From Candidatus Aenigmatarchaeota archaeon (GTDB lineage Archaea > Aenigmatarchaeota > Aenigmatarchaeia > JACPZZ01), in contig JACQNZ010000008.1 of assembly GCA_016202815.1 (NCBI GenBank), positions 33,932-97,931 of the forward strand: 64,000 nt of DNA. Reading direction: 5' to 3'. Numbering within the stretch: the first letter of the stretch is position 1; every line of letters starts with the position of its first letter. Below are positions 1 to 9,992 of the stretch, one piece after another. A program made the position numbers and the translations under genes. A model generated the notes under the pieces. That model did no database searches, had not been told where the DNA came from, and saw nothing but the letters and a program-made list of their open reading frames with translations.

Positions 1-3000
1 TCGTTGTAGTAGCCGTAGTTGTGGTTGTCGTCGTTGTCGTAGTTGTTGTCATCGGGCCACCGCTCCCGCCCCCAGACGACCCGCCGGAAGGCGGCGGCTG
101 CGATGCGCAGCCTGCGCAAGGACCGCCGCAATCCACGCCAGCCTCGTCCTGGTTTTGTATGTTGTCGCTGCATGTGGGCATCACGAAAGCCCCGTACAGG
201 CTGAAATGCGTCGAGTTGGCCCATATGTATTTTTCCGTTGCGTTGACGCCGCCCACATTCGCACCGCTGAATGGCAGCCACGTCCCGTTGGGATGGTTGT
301 AATATATCCTGAGATTGTTTTCATCATAGCCTGCAGGAACATCGGAGGTGTGGTAAAATATCCTCATCTCTACCCAGTTGAGCGTGCTGTTTAACCAGCC
401 GCCGACAGTTATTTCTGAAAATTTGTTTATCGCGACCGCAGCAGGGTTTTGGTTGGATGGGTTTGAATTGTATGACGCGACGGCTATAGAATCCGCGCTG
501 CCCGAATCTGAAGAGGAGCTTATGTTGAGGCTGATGTTCAATTCGGACGACAGGTTAATCTCTATTTTTTCCCTGACCGGGACGGATTCATTGCTGTACA
601 ACGACGCCCCGCCAGAAGGCGTTATCGTGAAATTACCCAAAGAATAATTCGCGGAATTGGCCCAGTGGTCGGTTATGGAGACGTTGGCCATGAACAACCC
701 GGAGCCCAGCACGGAAACGTTAAAGGACCGGAAATACGTTGTCCTGTTTGCATATCCTGCGCCCTTGCTGACCACATGCCTCATTGGAAGGACCGCAATG
801 CCGGGGTTCGTCGTGTTGTAAATTATCAGGATTGATGTTGTGGCGCTGTAATCGTCGGAAACTGCAATTGCGGTCACGTTGCCTGCGGATCCTGCGCGCC
901 TTGGAAGCAGGACGCCTTCCGCCAATATCGGCTCGGACGTGTCCACGGTTCGAAGTATGAAATTTTCAAGCGTGGCGTTTGCTGTGTAGTTTTCATTGCC
1001 TGACGAATTGGCCGATATGTTGAATATTCCGGTAAGCGTGGCAAAACCTGGAAATGAGTTGATGCCTGTCGAAGACTGCATCAATAAAATGCCGTCTGGC
1101 GTTGTGTTCGTGTACAGGCGCGTTTCGATGTTGTTGTCTACGGAGGATGAATTTACCTGGAACGCGCCGGGAATTTCTACTACAGTCGCATTCGCCCTTA
1201 ATGTGGTGTACGCCGAGGTGTTCTTTTTTATTGCGTAATTCCACGCGCTTGTCCTATTCCAGTTGCCGGATGTGTCGTTTACATACCAAGCCAGGAAATA
1301 GCCGGTTTCATTGGCGGCCAAATCGGCTATAACCACAGACCAGTTGCCGGATTTTATCCGTGCCAGGCTGCCGCCGCCACCTCCGCCGCCAGTGGCTGGC
1401 CCGCCAGCGCCCGGTCCGACGGGAGTGCTTGTTTCTGCGCTGAATTCCGAAAGCGCCGGTGCGGAATATGTTATGCGGCTCGCCGTGTAATTCGAAGAAC
1501 CGAAATTCAATATCACATGCGATATTCCAAAGTTGTCCTGTACGCTCACGTTGAAGACGTAGGCTCTTCCCGGATGATATTCTGTCCCGCTGCCGGGCGT
1601 GCTTAGGTTTGTTGGCATCAGCGGCGCTTCGTTGTCTTTAACGGTTGCGAAGAATGTCTGCGAAGACGCTGAATAATTTTCATCGCCTGCAAAGTAAGCG
1701 GTCATGTTAAACACGCCAAGCGATGCAAGCAGGGTCACGTTGCGCAAAACTGTCAAGGATTTCTGGTCCTCCCAGCCTGACATATTCGACGTAAGGGTCA
1801 CATTTTTGCCCGTGATGTTTACAAAGGCTGTGAAATTGGAGTGCGTGTACACGTCATAATTGAAGTTGTTCATAGTGCCGTTTAACAGTAATGCCGTGTT
1901 CGTAGGTTGTTTGGCCACGTTAAACGCCAGTACTGGGGTATCGTTCCAGTTGTCAATCGTGTTGTTGGCATACCATTTGTACGAGTACGGCCCGGCCGAC
2001 GGGTCTGTGAAGTTTATCCAGAAAACGCCCGCAGAATTGTTCACGACAGCCGGAGACGAGCTTTTCGTGTAATTGGTTGAGTTTAACTGGAATACAACAT
2101 GCGGAATTGATGATGTGCCGTTTCCTTCCGTGTCATTCCATTTTATCTGGAAGCTGTAATTTTCGTTGGCGTTGTACATCGCGGGAAGTGCGGAATAATT
2201 CAAAGACCACGACGGCGCATAAGACGGGTGGATGGTAATCAGCAATTTCCATTTCGTAATATTTCCGGTGTCCGCTTCTGCGTAATCGGTTGCGTTCAGG
2301 AACCATGTCCCGTTGACAGGCTCGCCTATGAACTGGTGAAGGCCTTCGAACGTGGCAGGCAGCGACTCGTTCCCGTACCATTTGAAAATGTTTTTGGTAG
2401 AGCCTCCTGTGCGGCCGTGGAGGGTTATCACTTTACCAGAAGGCGATTGCAATTTTACCCTAAGGTCTCCGATGTAGGTGTGGTTTATCCCGACAAACAC
2501 CGAGACATTGCTGACAATTCCGATAAATGTATCAGGAACAGTTATCGAACTGTAGTTGCCCGGAAGCGGCCAGTCATTTATCTTGATCGGTGTGTTGTTC
2601 TCGAAAAGATAGGTCTTGTCCCCGAGCCTTCCGAAAATGCGCGTAACGCAATTTGAATTTGGTATTCCGTGGTTGCTGGAAAACGCCCTGCAAATCTCGT
2701 TGATGTGCGGGGTGCCGTCTGAGAGGTCGCCGTTGTTGTCGTCTATTACGAGCATGTCGGCAAGGAACTGTGTAAACGTTTGCCCTTTCAATTTCATCGT
2801 TCTTATTGTCAGGTTGTCCGCCGTGCTGTTGCCTAACAGGCCCCGCAAATCCCATAACGCGCCTGACAATACCCTGCTGTCGTCGTGCTCTTCGCCCGTA
2901 AAGTCGCCGGGCATCTTCAGCGTGTTGTTGAGGTATCTTATCGGTTCCGGAAATATCCCGAACCCGATCACGGAATCGTTCCTCATTGTTGCAGCGAAGT

Positions 3001-4375
3001 AATCGGCCAGCCCTTCATGCATCGAGCCGCCGAATTCTTCCCCGCCGCCCGACAGCCCCATTACCCTGTCAATGATCAGGTGTCCGTATTCATGGTATAC
3101 CACATCGCTTCCAAGCGCAGTCGATTCGCATCCGCCTCCGGGCCCGAAGAAATACAGGGCGCCGGCCCCAAGGTCTGCGAACGCGTTGCAGGAGCTGGAC
3201 AAATATTCCACGGTGGCCGCGACCCGGTAGTTCATTTCATCGATGTTGAAAGGGTCGCCCTTTGTAACGAAGTCGTGTATCCTGTTTACATGGTAAAATA
3301 CGTTGGACTCTTCCTGCTTGTACGACGTGTCATTCACTGTCCAGTTCCAATCGTGTACGGAAGGCGTATTAACAAGAGCACTGTGGTTCGCTCTGGCCTG
3401 GTCGGCGTTTAGTACATTGGCGTAAGGCCCGTTCAAATTTGAAACAAGGTAAACCGAACCTGTCGGGCCTGTAATATTGTAGGATCCGTTCAAATCCGTC
3501 AATGCGGAACCCACAGCGACACCGTTCTGCCACACGGTCACGTTTAATCGGGAAAAATTTACCATAGCCTTTGGGACGCTCGGATTGTCAGGATAGACGG
3601 CGCCTGTGACATTCCCCCACACAAAAGAGTCGCGCACCATGTTTTCCTTGCCTATCACGCCGCCTTTTGCCGCATCCACAAATACGTTCCATCTTGACAT
3701 CGATTCCAGCGGAAATGAAATTTTCCACGCGAGCCTGTCCGGCGGTATTATTATCAGGGAGTAATTTTCCGGATCCGAAGCAGAGTTTAAATGGGCTTTG
3801 GCAATTTTTACGGCGTTTTCCGCAGTTATGGCGGGTTCCGCGGGCGCATCGAGGCCGGGATAAACATTGGATTTTAGCAGCACGTCTTCGCCGTTTACCG
3901 AAACCAGGCCGACATAACTGCCGTACACGGGTATTCCGTTTACGGCCTGTTCATAGAACACGTATGACGTTCCCGTCTTGTGCTCCGGGTATGCAGGTTC
4001 ATCGTAATCCACGCTGACAAGCCGCAAACTGTTGGTGTCAATTCCCAGAGCGGCCGCGTTCTCGTCAATAACGCGTTTCTGGCGCGCCGCCGGATGTGGG
4101 GATTTTTCCTGCATGCTGTTTTCGGGGACAGCAGCTTCCGGATTAAGCCGTTCCTGCCTTGCTGCCCTGCTGCCGGCGAGTAAGCGTTTTTCCGGCTTTA
4201 TCCTGACAGCTTTGCCTTCAACTATATTCACGGAATCAATGTGCTTAACAACGGCGCCTTTTGTATCATCAATTCTGTTGTCCTCAGCGGCCGTTACACT
4301 AGTCAGCAGAAACAGGACCGCTGCGGACAGGACCAGGACAGTCACGAAGCCTTTGCCCGGATGGCGCATATCCAT
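1..4375 (-). CDS. Large secreted M4/M36-like zinc metalloprotease with propeptide, P-proprotein domain, Ig-like repeats, Cys-rich motif and Thr-rich linker (>=1458 aa, 3' end outside window)
   Basis: Absent from the ORF track, consistent with running off the window edge. Manual translation gives a signal peptide (MDMRHPGKGFVTVLVLSAAVLFLL), VYHEYGH...SMHEGLADYF at ~3000-3100, a P-domain motif (GINHTYIGDLRVKLQSPSG) at ~2440-2495, and CSDNIQNQDEAGVDCGGPC plus a poly-Thr run near 1-175. Start, HEYGH and the window edge share one frame. Confidence 0.85.
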   Translation of the reverse strand, partial: MDMRHPGKGFVTVLVLSAAVLFLLTSVTAAEDNRIDDTKGAVVKHIDSVNIVEGKAVRIKPEKRLLAGSRAARQERLNPEAAVPENSMQEKSPHPAARQKRVIDENAAALGIDTNSLRLVSVDYDEPAYPEHKTGTSYVFYEQAVNGIPVYGSYVGLVSVNGEDVLLKSNVYPGLDAPAEPAITAENAVKIAKAHLNSASDPENYSLIIIPPDRLAWKISFPLESMSRWNVFVDAAKGGVIGKENMVRDSFVWGNVTGAVYPDNPSVPKAMVNFSRLNVTVWQNGVAVGSALTDLNGSYNITGPTGSVYLVSNLNGPYANVLNADQARANHSALVNTPSVHDWNWTVNDTSYKQEESNVFYHVNRIHDFVTKGDPFNIDEMNYRVAATVEYLSSSCNAFADLGAGALYFFGPGGGCESTALGSDVVYHEYGHLIIDRVMGLSGGGEEFGGSMHEGLADYFAATMRNDSVIGFGIFPEPIRYLNNTLKMPGDFTGEEHDDSRVLSGALWDLRGLLGNSTADNLTIRTMKLKGQTFTQFLADMLVIDDNNGDLSDGTPHINEICRAFSSNHGIPNSNCVTRIFGRLGDKTYLFENNTPIKINDWPLPGNYSSITVPDTFIGIVSNVSVFVGINHTYIGDLRVKLQSPSGKVITLHGRTGGSTKNIFKWYGNESLPATFEGLHQFIGEPVNGTWFLNATDYAEADTGNITKWKLLITIHPSYAPSWSLNYSALPAMYNANENYSFQIKWNDTEGNGTSSIPHVVFQLNSTNYTKSSSPAVVNNSAGVFWINFTDPSAGPYSYKWYANNTIDNWNDTPVLAFNVAKQPTNTALLLNGTMNNFNYDVYTHSNFTAFVNITGKNVTLTSNMSGWEDQKSLTVLRNVTLLASLGVFNMTAYFAGDENYSASSQTFFATVKDNEAPLMPTNLSTPGSGTEYHPGRAYVFNVSVQDNFGISHVILNFGSSNYTASRITYSAPALSEFSAETSTPVGPGAGGPATGGGGGGGSLARIKSGNWSVVIADLAANETGYFLAWYVNDTSGNWNRTSAWNYAIKKNTSAYTTLRANATVVEIPGAFQVNSSSVDNNIETRLYTNTTPDGILLMQSSTGINSFPGFATLTGIFNISANSSGNENYTANATLENFILRTVDTSEPILAEGVLLPRRAGSAGNVTAIAVSDDYSATTSILIIYNTTNPGIAVLPMRHVVSKGAGYANRTTYFRSFNVSVLGSGLFMANVSITDHWANSANYSLGNFTITPSGGASLYSNESVPVREKIEINLSSELNISLNISSSSDSGSADSIAVASYNSNPSNQNPAAVAINKFSEITVGGWLNSTLNWVEMRIFYHTSDVPAGYDENNLRIYYNHPNGTWLPFSGANVGGVNATEKYIWANSTHFSLYGAFVMPTCSDNIQNQDEAGVDCGGPCAGCASQPPPSGGSSGGGSGGPMTTTTTTTTTTTTATTT

Positions 4376-4416
4376 CCGTAATCGAGATAACTATTAATAT
4401 TACACATAATTTAAAC

Positions 4417-5010
4417 ATGGAACATTATTTCAGCAAGTCGCCCAGTTCGAGAATGTCACCCGACATAATCAGTGCTATGATTAATGGCACGCCTTACAGG
4501 TTTGCGACAGGCAGCGGCGTTTTTTCAAAGGAACGTGTCGACCGTGGCACGCTGCTCTTGGCAGAATCTGTTCGCATCGGCGAAGGCGATGAAGTTCTGG
4601 ACCTCGGATGCGGCTACGGGGTCATCGGCATCGTGTTCGCAGGGCATGCCGGCAGCGTTGTCATGACAGACATCAACGAGCGTGCTGTTGAACTGGCCAA
4701 AACGAATGTGAAACTAAATGGCCTGAAAAACGCGGAAGTCCTGCAATGCGACCTTTATGACAGGCTCGGCGGCCGGAAATTCGATAAAATAGTCTGCAAC
4801 CCGCCCATACGCGCCGGGAAATCCGTGGTTAACAAAATCATCGAAGGCGCGGCAGGACATTTGGAACCCGGTGGAACCCTTTACCTGGTGGCACGCACAA
4901 AGCAGGGGGCAAAATCAATAGCAAAAAAGATGGAACAGGTTTTCGGCAACCGGGAATATGTAAGGAAGGGCGGCGGTTACAGGGTAATGGCTTCGAGGTT
5001 AACAACGTGA
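4417..5010 (+). CDS. Class I SAM-dependent methyltransferase (RsmC/MTS-like)
   Basis: GVFS..VDRGT, LDLGCGYG and NPP motifs. Confidence 0.9.
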   Translation: MEHYFSKSPSSRMSPDIISAMINGTPYRFATGSGVFSKERVDRGTLLLAESVRIGEGDEVLDLGCGYGVIGIVFAGHAGSVVMTDINERAVELAKTNVKLNGLKNAEVLQCDLYDRLGGRKFDKIVCNPPIRAGKSVVNKIIEGAAGHLEPGGTLYLVARTKQGAKSIAKKMEQVFGNREYVRKGGGYRVMASRLTT

Positions 5011-5789
5011 TAGACGCGCATTGCCATCTTACTTTCAGAAATTTTGAAGTTAACAGGGACGAAATTGTCAAAGATTCGATGGAATCCATGGATGCTGTAA
5101 TAGACAGCGCGCCGTCCACAGGAGACTCGGAAAAATCTATAAAGCTGGCTGAAAAATATCCCAATTTTGTTTTTTCATGCGTCGGCCTGCATCCAGAGGA
5201 GATACCGCGGCTTAGCCAAAAGCAGATAGACAGCCATGTGGAATTCATAAAATCGAATGCAAATAAAATTGCGGCAATAGGCGAAGTGGGCATAGACAAC
5301 TTCCATGTCAAAAACGAGGGTGACAGGAAAAAATGCGCCGAGGTTTTCACCCAATTCATCGGGCTGGCAAAAGAAATAAACAAGCCGTTGGTGATACACT
5401 CGCGCGAGGATAATGGCGAAGCCATCAGGCTGCTCGAGCGAAACGACGCGGAAAAAGTCATCATGCACTGCTTTGGAGCTGAGGCGTTTTGTAAGACGGT
5501 AATCAGCAACGGCTGGTTCGCATCTATCCCAACACTGATCGTGCGGTCTAACAAGCACAAACGCATCGCAAGGCAGACGCCCTTGGAATTGATTTTAACC
5601 GAGACCGATTCGCCCTTTCTCAGCCCGGTGCAAGGCGGGACAAATGTCCCAAAAAACGTGCGTCACGTTGTGGAAGCGGTTGCGGCGGAAAAAGGAATCA
5701 CGTTCGCAGAAGCCGACGAAGCGACAACAGGAAACGCGATACGTGCGTTCGGCCTTCCTATAAGCGCAAAACGCGAAAAAGAATCGTAG
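5007..5789 (+). CDS. tatD: TatD family hydrolase/DNase
   Basis: IDAHCH, GLHP, IGEVGID, IHSR, HCF and ETDSP motifs. Confidence 0.93.
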   Translation: MIDAHCHLTFRNFEVNRDEIVKDSMESMDAVIDSAPSTGDSEKSIKLAEKYPNFVFSCVGLHPEEIPRLSQKQIDSHVEFIKSNANKIAAIGEVGIDNFHVKNEGDRKKCAEVFTQFIGLAKEINKPLVIHSREDNGEAIRLLERNDAEKVIMHCFGAEAFCKTVISNGWFASIPTLIVRSNKHKRIARQTPLELILTETDSPFLSPVQGGTNVPKNVRHVVEAVAAEKGITFAEADEATTGNAIRAFGLPISAKREKES

Positions 5790-5853
5790 GGATATAAACC
5801 GGCCTGCCAGCGTATTTAACTGCGTTATTTCAGTATTAATTTCGGGCGATGGT

Positions 5854-6315
5854 TTGGGGCTAAAGGACATATTCAGCAGGGGAGGCAAAAACGTAGCCAT
5901 CTTTATCGACGGGCCGAATATGATACGCAAGGAATTTAACATCGACCTTGCGGAAGTCCGCGAACGGGCCAAAAAATACGGCCGCATCATTTATGGAAAG
6001 GTTTTTCTTAACCAGTTCGCTTCTGAAAAGCTCATCGAGGCCGTGTCGAGCCAGGGCTTTGAGCCTTTAATCGCGTTAGGCGTGGAAAAGGACCAGGACA
6101 TAGACGTTTACATGGCCGCTGAAATCATGGAAGCTTCATACAGCAGCAACATAGACGTCATCGTCATGGTGTCAAGGGATACGGACTTTCTCCCGATAAT
6201 ACAGAAGGCGAAGAAGCGCGGCAAAACGACCGTGGTCATGGGTTCCGACCCTGGATTTTCTATTGCGCTGAAAAACGCCGCCGACCATGTTGAGGATCTG
6301 ACAAAACGCGCCTGA
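5854..6315 (+). CDS. NYN (LabA/DUF88 PIN-like) domain protein
   Basis: IFIDGPN, DIDVYMA and SRDTDF motifs. Confidence 0.88.
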   Translation: MGLKDIFSRGGKNVAIFIDGPNMIRKEFNIDLAEVRERAKKYGRIIYGKVFLNQFASEKLIEAVSSQGFEPLIALGVEKDQDIDVYMAAEIMEASYSSNIDVIVMVSRDTDFLPIIQKAKKRGKTTVVMGSDPGFSIALKNAADHVEDLTKRA

Positions 6316-7530
6316 TCAATATTTGGTCCTGTATCTAAGAATCCCGCCAATGCCGCCAAGCTCTTTCAGCTGGGTTCCTTCGCGTGTGCTTGAGGAAACT
6401 ATGTGGTATTCGGTTTTAAAATCTTCAGCAGTTGTTATCGCAACGTCTATCAAATCTTCAGTAGCCGAGGTCCGCATTTCCATCCTGCACCTGGAACAAA
6501 GCTGTTTTTCATTCGGCTTGTAATCCCTGGTTTCCTCATTGCCGCAGCTGCCGCATTTTAGTTCGGATCTAATCCAGTCAAAGTCTTCTGACACTATAAG
6601 TTTTTGGAGCATGCCGTTTTGCAGCGCATCCTTGACCTTTTTCCAGCCGTAGACCGCGAGCCCGCTGTCTTTCTGAAGTTCGGTGAAAAATCCATTTAAC
6701 AGTTCTATTTCTTTTGTGACAGCCGCATTGACCAGTATCTTCTGGGCCCTGTTCACGAGCTCATGAAGACCTGGCTCATTCGTATAGGATATGTCAACAA
6801 CACCCGCAATCTTTTTTTGTAGTTCGTAATGAAGGTACCCGTCCTTTACGAATGTGTCTTTAACGGGGCCAGGCCCGCCTACGATCAAGCCCAACAGCTC
6901 TTTTTTTCCGACAAACGCCTGCGTCGCAACATCGGAAACCTCCTTCAAAAAATCGTTTAACAGGCCTTGCCGTATCCTGTCGTAGCGCGCCTGCGACCAC
7001 CCGCCAGCCGCCGTCTTTCCCGGCACGAGTGATTCAATGTGTTTGAACACGACAATTTTTTTGCCGATTAAATAGCCTATGGTAGCCTCGGATTTATCGA
7101 CAGCCAACAGGCCGTAAATTTCCTTGTCCTTTACCATCTCCTCGAGCGGCTCAAGAACAAACGACTGGTCGCACCAGTAAAGCTTGTTTTGCATTTTTTC
7201 GGGCGGTTCAATGGCCCACAATTCCATCTTCTGGGAGCCCTCTGTTTCGGAAACGTTGCCCGCGAAAAGTGCAAGCCCGTTCTCCGGCGTTTCACGGTAA
7301 AGCCTCAGGTGCTGGATTATTTTATCGAGCGCTGCCAGCACGTTGTTCCTTGTCGCTTTTGATTTTATGTTCTGCGTTGTTGAGCCTTCGCTTTTCAGCT
7401 GGTTTATGATCTCGAGAAGGTTGTAGCCGGACGGCACGTAAACCGTAACCAGTTCCGTGTGCCGGCCGCGTATTTTTTTCAGGAGACGTATGAGTTTTTT
7501 TAGCTCAACAACTTTAGTTTCATCGGCCAT
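6316..7530 (-). CDS. prf1: Peptide chain release factor aRF1 (GGQ motif replaced by GGWSQ)
   Basis: GRHTELVTVY, NIKS, YWCDQSF, C-terminal Zn ribbon and LGGIGGILRY. Start placed at MADETK. Confidence 0.93.
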   Translation of the reverse strand: MADETKVVELKKLIRLLKKIRGRHTELVTVYVPSGYNLLEIINQLKSEGSTTQNIKSKATRNNVLAALDKIIQHLRLYRETPENGLALFAGNVSETEGSQKMELWAIEPPEKMQNKLYWCDQSFVLEPLEEMVKDKEIYGLLAVDKSEATIGYLIGKKIVVFKHIESLVPGKTAAGGWSQARYDRIRQGLLNDFLKEVSDVATQAFVGKKELLGLIVGGPGPVKDTFVKDGYLHYELQKKIAGVVDISYTNEPGLHELVNRAQKILVNAAVTKEIELLNGFFTELQKDSGLAVYGWKKVKDALQNGMLQKLIVSEDFDWIRSELKCGSCGNEETRDYKPNEKQLCSRCRMEMRTSATEDLIDVAITTAEDFKTEYHIVSSSTREGTQLKELGGIGGILRYRTKY

Positions 7531-7535
7531 AAGAA

Positions 7536-9977
7536 TCATTTTGTAACGATGAGCAGCTTCGCGCCGATTTCCGGGACATCCGTGACGCTTTTGCGGTCCA
7601 GTATAGTGCCAAGGCGCATGTCCTTGACATTCATCACGCCGCCTACGTCTTTCAGTATTTTTGCGATTTTTGCAAGGTCGTCGTCTTTGCACTCTATTAC
7701 GAGCTGCTTTATTTCCGCGTTCAGCGGCAGCGAGTTTGACGTTTTGAATTTCCTTATCGCCGAAACTATCGATTTCGCAGCCTCGCCTGCGCCTTCCGCA
7801 TCCTGGTTTATCAAAGCTTCATTTAATTCCGGCCACCGCGTGTTGTGCACACTTGCCTTGTTTTCAAATTGCCTGAAGTGGGCTTGGTACATCTCCTCAG
7901 TTATGTGGGGCATGAAAGGCGCAAGCATCTTGACGCAGCCGAGTATGACAGTGTGCAACGTCGATTGGGCCGATTCCTTTTCCACGCCGCTGTAAAGCCT
8001 GTATTTGACAAATTCCAGATAATTGTCCGCAACTTCGTGCCACACGAAGTCGTGCAAAAGCTCGAACGCGTGCGCGAACTGGTACGTCTCAAGGTCTTTC
8101 GTTACCCCTGCTATCGTCCTGTTAAGCCTCGAAAGTATCCATTTGTCCACCGTTGATGCGGTTGTTGTCGTCGCCTCAGCCCCGTCGGAGTTGGACGCAA
8201 AAAAGCGAAATATGTTCCAGAGTTTTGTGGAAAATTTGTACGAGAACTCCATGTTCTGCCAGTTGAATGCGGCATCGCCCGAATACAAGCCCAGCATGAT
8301 CAGCCCGGTTCGCAGCGTGTCTGCGCCGTGCTTCAGCAGTATTTCATCAGGCAAAACCACGTTGCCCAGAGATTTGTGCATCTCCCTGCCGTCGGGGCCG
8401 AGTATTAAACTGTTGATAAGTATGTTTTTCCACGGTTTTTGGCCTGTTTCCAGGAAACACCTTAGTATCGTGTAATAGGCCCATGTCCTTATGATATCGT
8501 GGCCCTGTTGGCGCAAATCCGACGGGTATAGCTTTGCGTGCAGTGGGTTGTTGCGCCAGTAGCCGGACACAACAAGCGGCGTTATGGAGGAATCTATCCA
8601 GCCGTCGCACACGTCCTTTTCACCGGTTATCGCGCCGCCGCATTCGCACTTTTCCAACGCATGCTTTTCCAAGGACGTGTCAACAGGGAATTTTTCAGCC
8701 GGGTATATTTTGTCGCATTTGTCGCAATACCAGAACGGTATCGGTGTGCCGTATACGCGTTGCCTGGAAAACACCCAGTCCCAGTCCATAGAGTTGACCC
8801 AGTTGTCGAGCCTTATTTTCATGTGTTCGGGAAACCAGTTGACGTCGCTGGATATGGCCAGCACGTCCTTCGACGCGTCCTTGACTTTTATCGCCCATTG
8901 TTTCATCTGTATGAATTCAATTGGGTTTAGGCAGGCCGATCGTTCTGTGTGACACAGGACATTGTGCATGAACTTCTCCTCTTTCTCAACCAGGCCCATC
9001 ATGCCGAGTTCTTCTACGATTTTTATCCTGGCGTCCGCGATCTTCATTCCGGCAAACTGTTTTGCGTTTTCATTTAATTTTCCATGGCTGTCTATCAGGT
9101 TTATGGACGGCAGGCCATAGCGTTTTTGCCACTTTATGTCCATCTCGTCGCCGTAAGTGCACAGGTAAACCACGCCCGTGCCAAACCCGACGTCCACATC
9201 CGGGTTTGCCATGATCTTTACCTCCTGGCCGAAAATGGGGATTTTGACGGATTTGCCGGCCATGTCCGCATGGGCGTCGTCTGTAGGATTTACGAAAACC
9301 GCGACACACGCGGCCATCATTTCCGGTCGCGTAGTTGCGATTGTTATTTTCTCTCCGCCTTCGACGTCAAGCCTTATGTAATACAGGACGCCGTTTTTTT
9401 CCACATAACCGACTTCGGCCTTGGCCAACGTAGTGGAACATTTTGTGCACCACATTATCGGATGCTCCGTTCTTTCGATCAGGCCTTTGTTGAAAAGATT
9501 GACAAGCGTTTTCTGCACAAAGCCCATGTACTCCGGGGAGTCTGTGGTGTATTCATAATCCCAGTCTGACGAATATCCTATCGAGTTCATGTATTTTTTC
9601 ATGCTGGTTATGCACACGCCTGTCCATTCTTTGCATGCTTTGAGAAAAACCTCCTTGTCGGATTTTTTTATCCTGTAATCCTTCTCCACCTTCAGTTCCG
9701 TGGGCAGCCCGTGGCAGTCCCAGCCCTGCGGTAGAAGGACAGAAAAGCCGTTCATTCTCTTGAATCGTGCGATTATGTCGTTCCATGTCCACCATAGCAC
9801 ATGGCCCATGTGCGGCACACCCGACGTGAAAGGCGGGGGAGTGTCTATGACAAGCGTTTTTTCCGTTTCGATGTCAAACTTGTGGACTTTGTTTTCCTGC
9901 CAGTAGTCCTGCCACTTCTTTTCCGATGTTTTCGGGTCGTATCTTTTTTGCATTTCCATGCCATCACTTCTTCGCAA
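7536..9977 (-). CDS. valS: Valine--tRNA ligase
   Basis: DTPPPFTSGVPHMGH, GWDCHGLP, DWVFSRQRVYGTPIP, QGHDII and the KMSKS variant EMHKS. True start may be ~9959. Confidence 0.95.
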   Translation of the reverse strand: MRRSDGMEMQKRYDPKTSEKKWQDYWQENKVHKFDIETEKTLVIDTPPPFTSGVPHMGHVLWWTWNDIIARFKRMNGFSVLLPQGWDCHGLPTELKVEKDYRIKKSDKEVFLKACKEWTGVCITSMKKYMNSIGYSSDWDYEYTTDSPEYMGFVQKTLVNLFNKGLIERTEHPIMWCTKCSTTLAKAEVGYVEKNGVLYYIRLDVEGGEKITIATTRPEMMAACVAVFVNPTDDAHADMAGKSVKIPIFGQEVKIMANPDVDVGFGTGVVYLCTYGDEMDIKWQKRYGLPSINLIDSHGKLNENAKQFAGMKIADARIKIVEELGMMGLVEKEEKFMHNVLCHTERSACLNPIEFIQMKQWAIKVKDASKDVLAISSDVNWFPEHMKIRLDNWVNSMDWDWVFSRQRVYGTPIPFWYCDKCDKIYPAEKFPVDTSLEKHALEKCECGGAITGEKDVCDGWIDSSITPLVVSGYWRNNPLHAKLYPSDLRQQGHDIIRTWAYYTILRCFLETGQKPWKNILINSLILGPDGREMHKSLGNVVLPDEILLKHGADTLRTGLIMLGLYSGDAAFNWQNMEFSYKFSTKLWNIFRFFASNSDGAEATTTTASTVDKWILSRLNRTIAGVTKDLETYQFAHAFELLHDFVWHEVADNYLEFVKYRLYSGVEKESAQSTLHTVILGCVKMLAPFMPHITEEMYQAHFRQFENKASVHNTRWPELNEALINQDAEGAGEAAKSIVSAIRKFKTSNSLPLNAEIKQLVIECKDDDLAKIAKILKDVGGVMNVKDMRLGTILDRKSVTDVPEIGAKLLIVTK

Positions 9978-9992
9978 ACTTGTCCTGGATAT

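Noticed and set aside
1..110. GTT/GTC/GTA trinucleotide-like repeat
   Set aside because: It encodes the Thr- and Gly/Ser-rich linker of the minus-strand protease.
21..4397. Many short + strand ORFs
   Set aside because: Antisense shadows of the long minus-strand gene.
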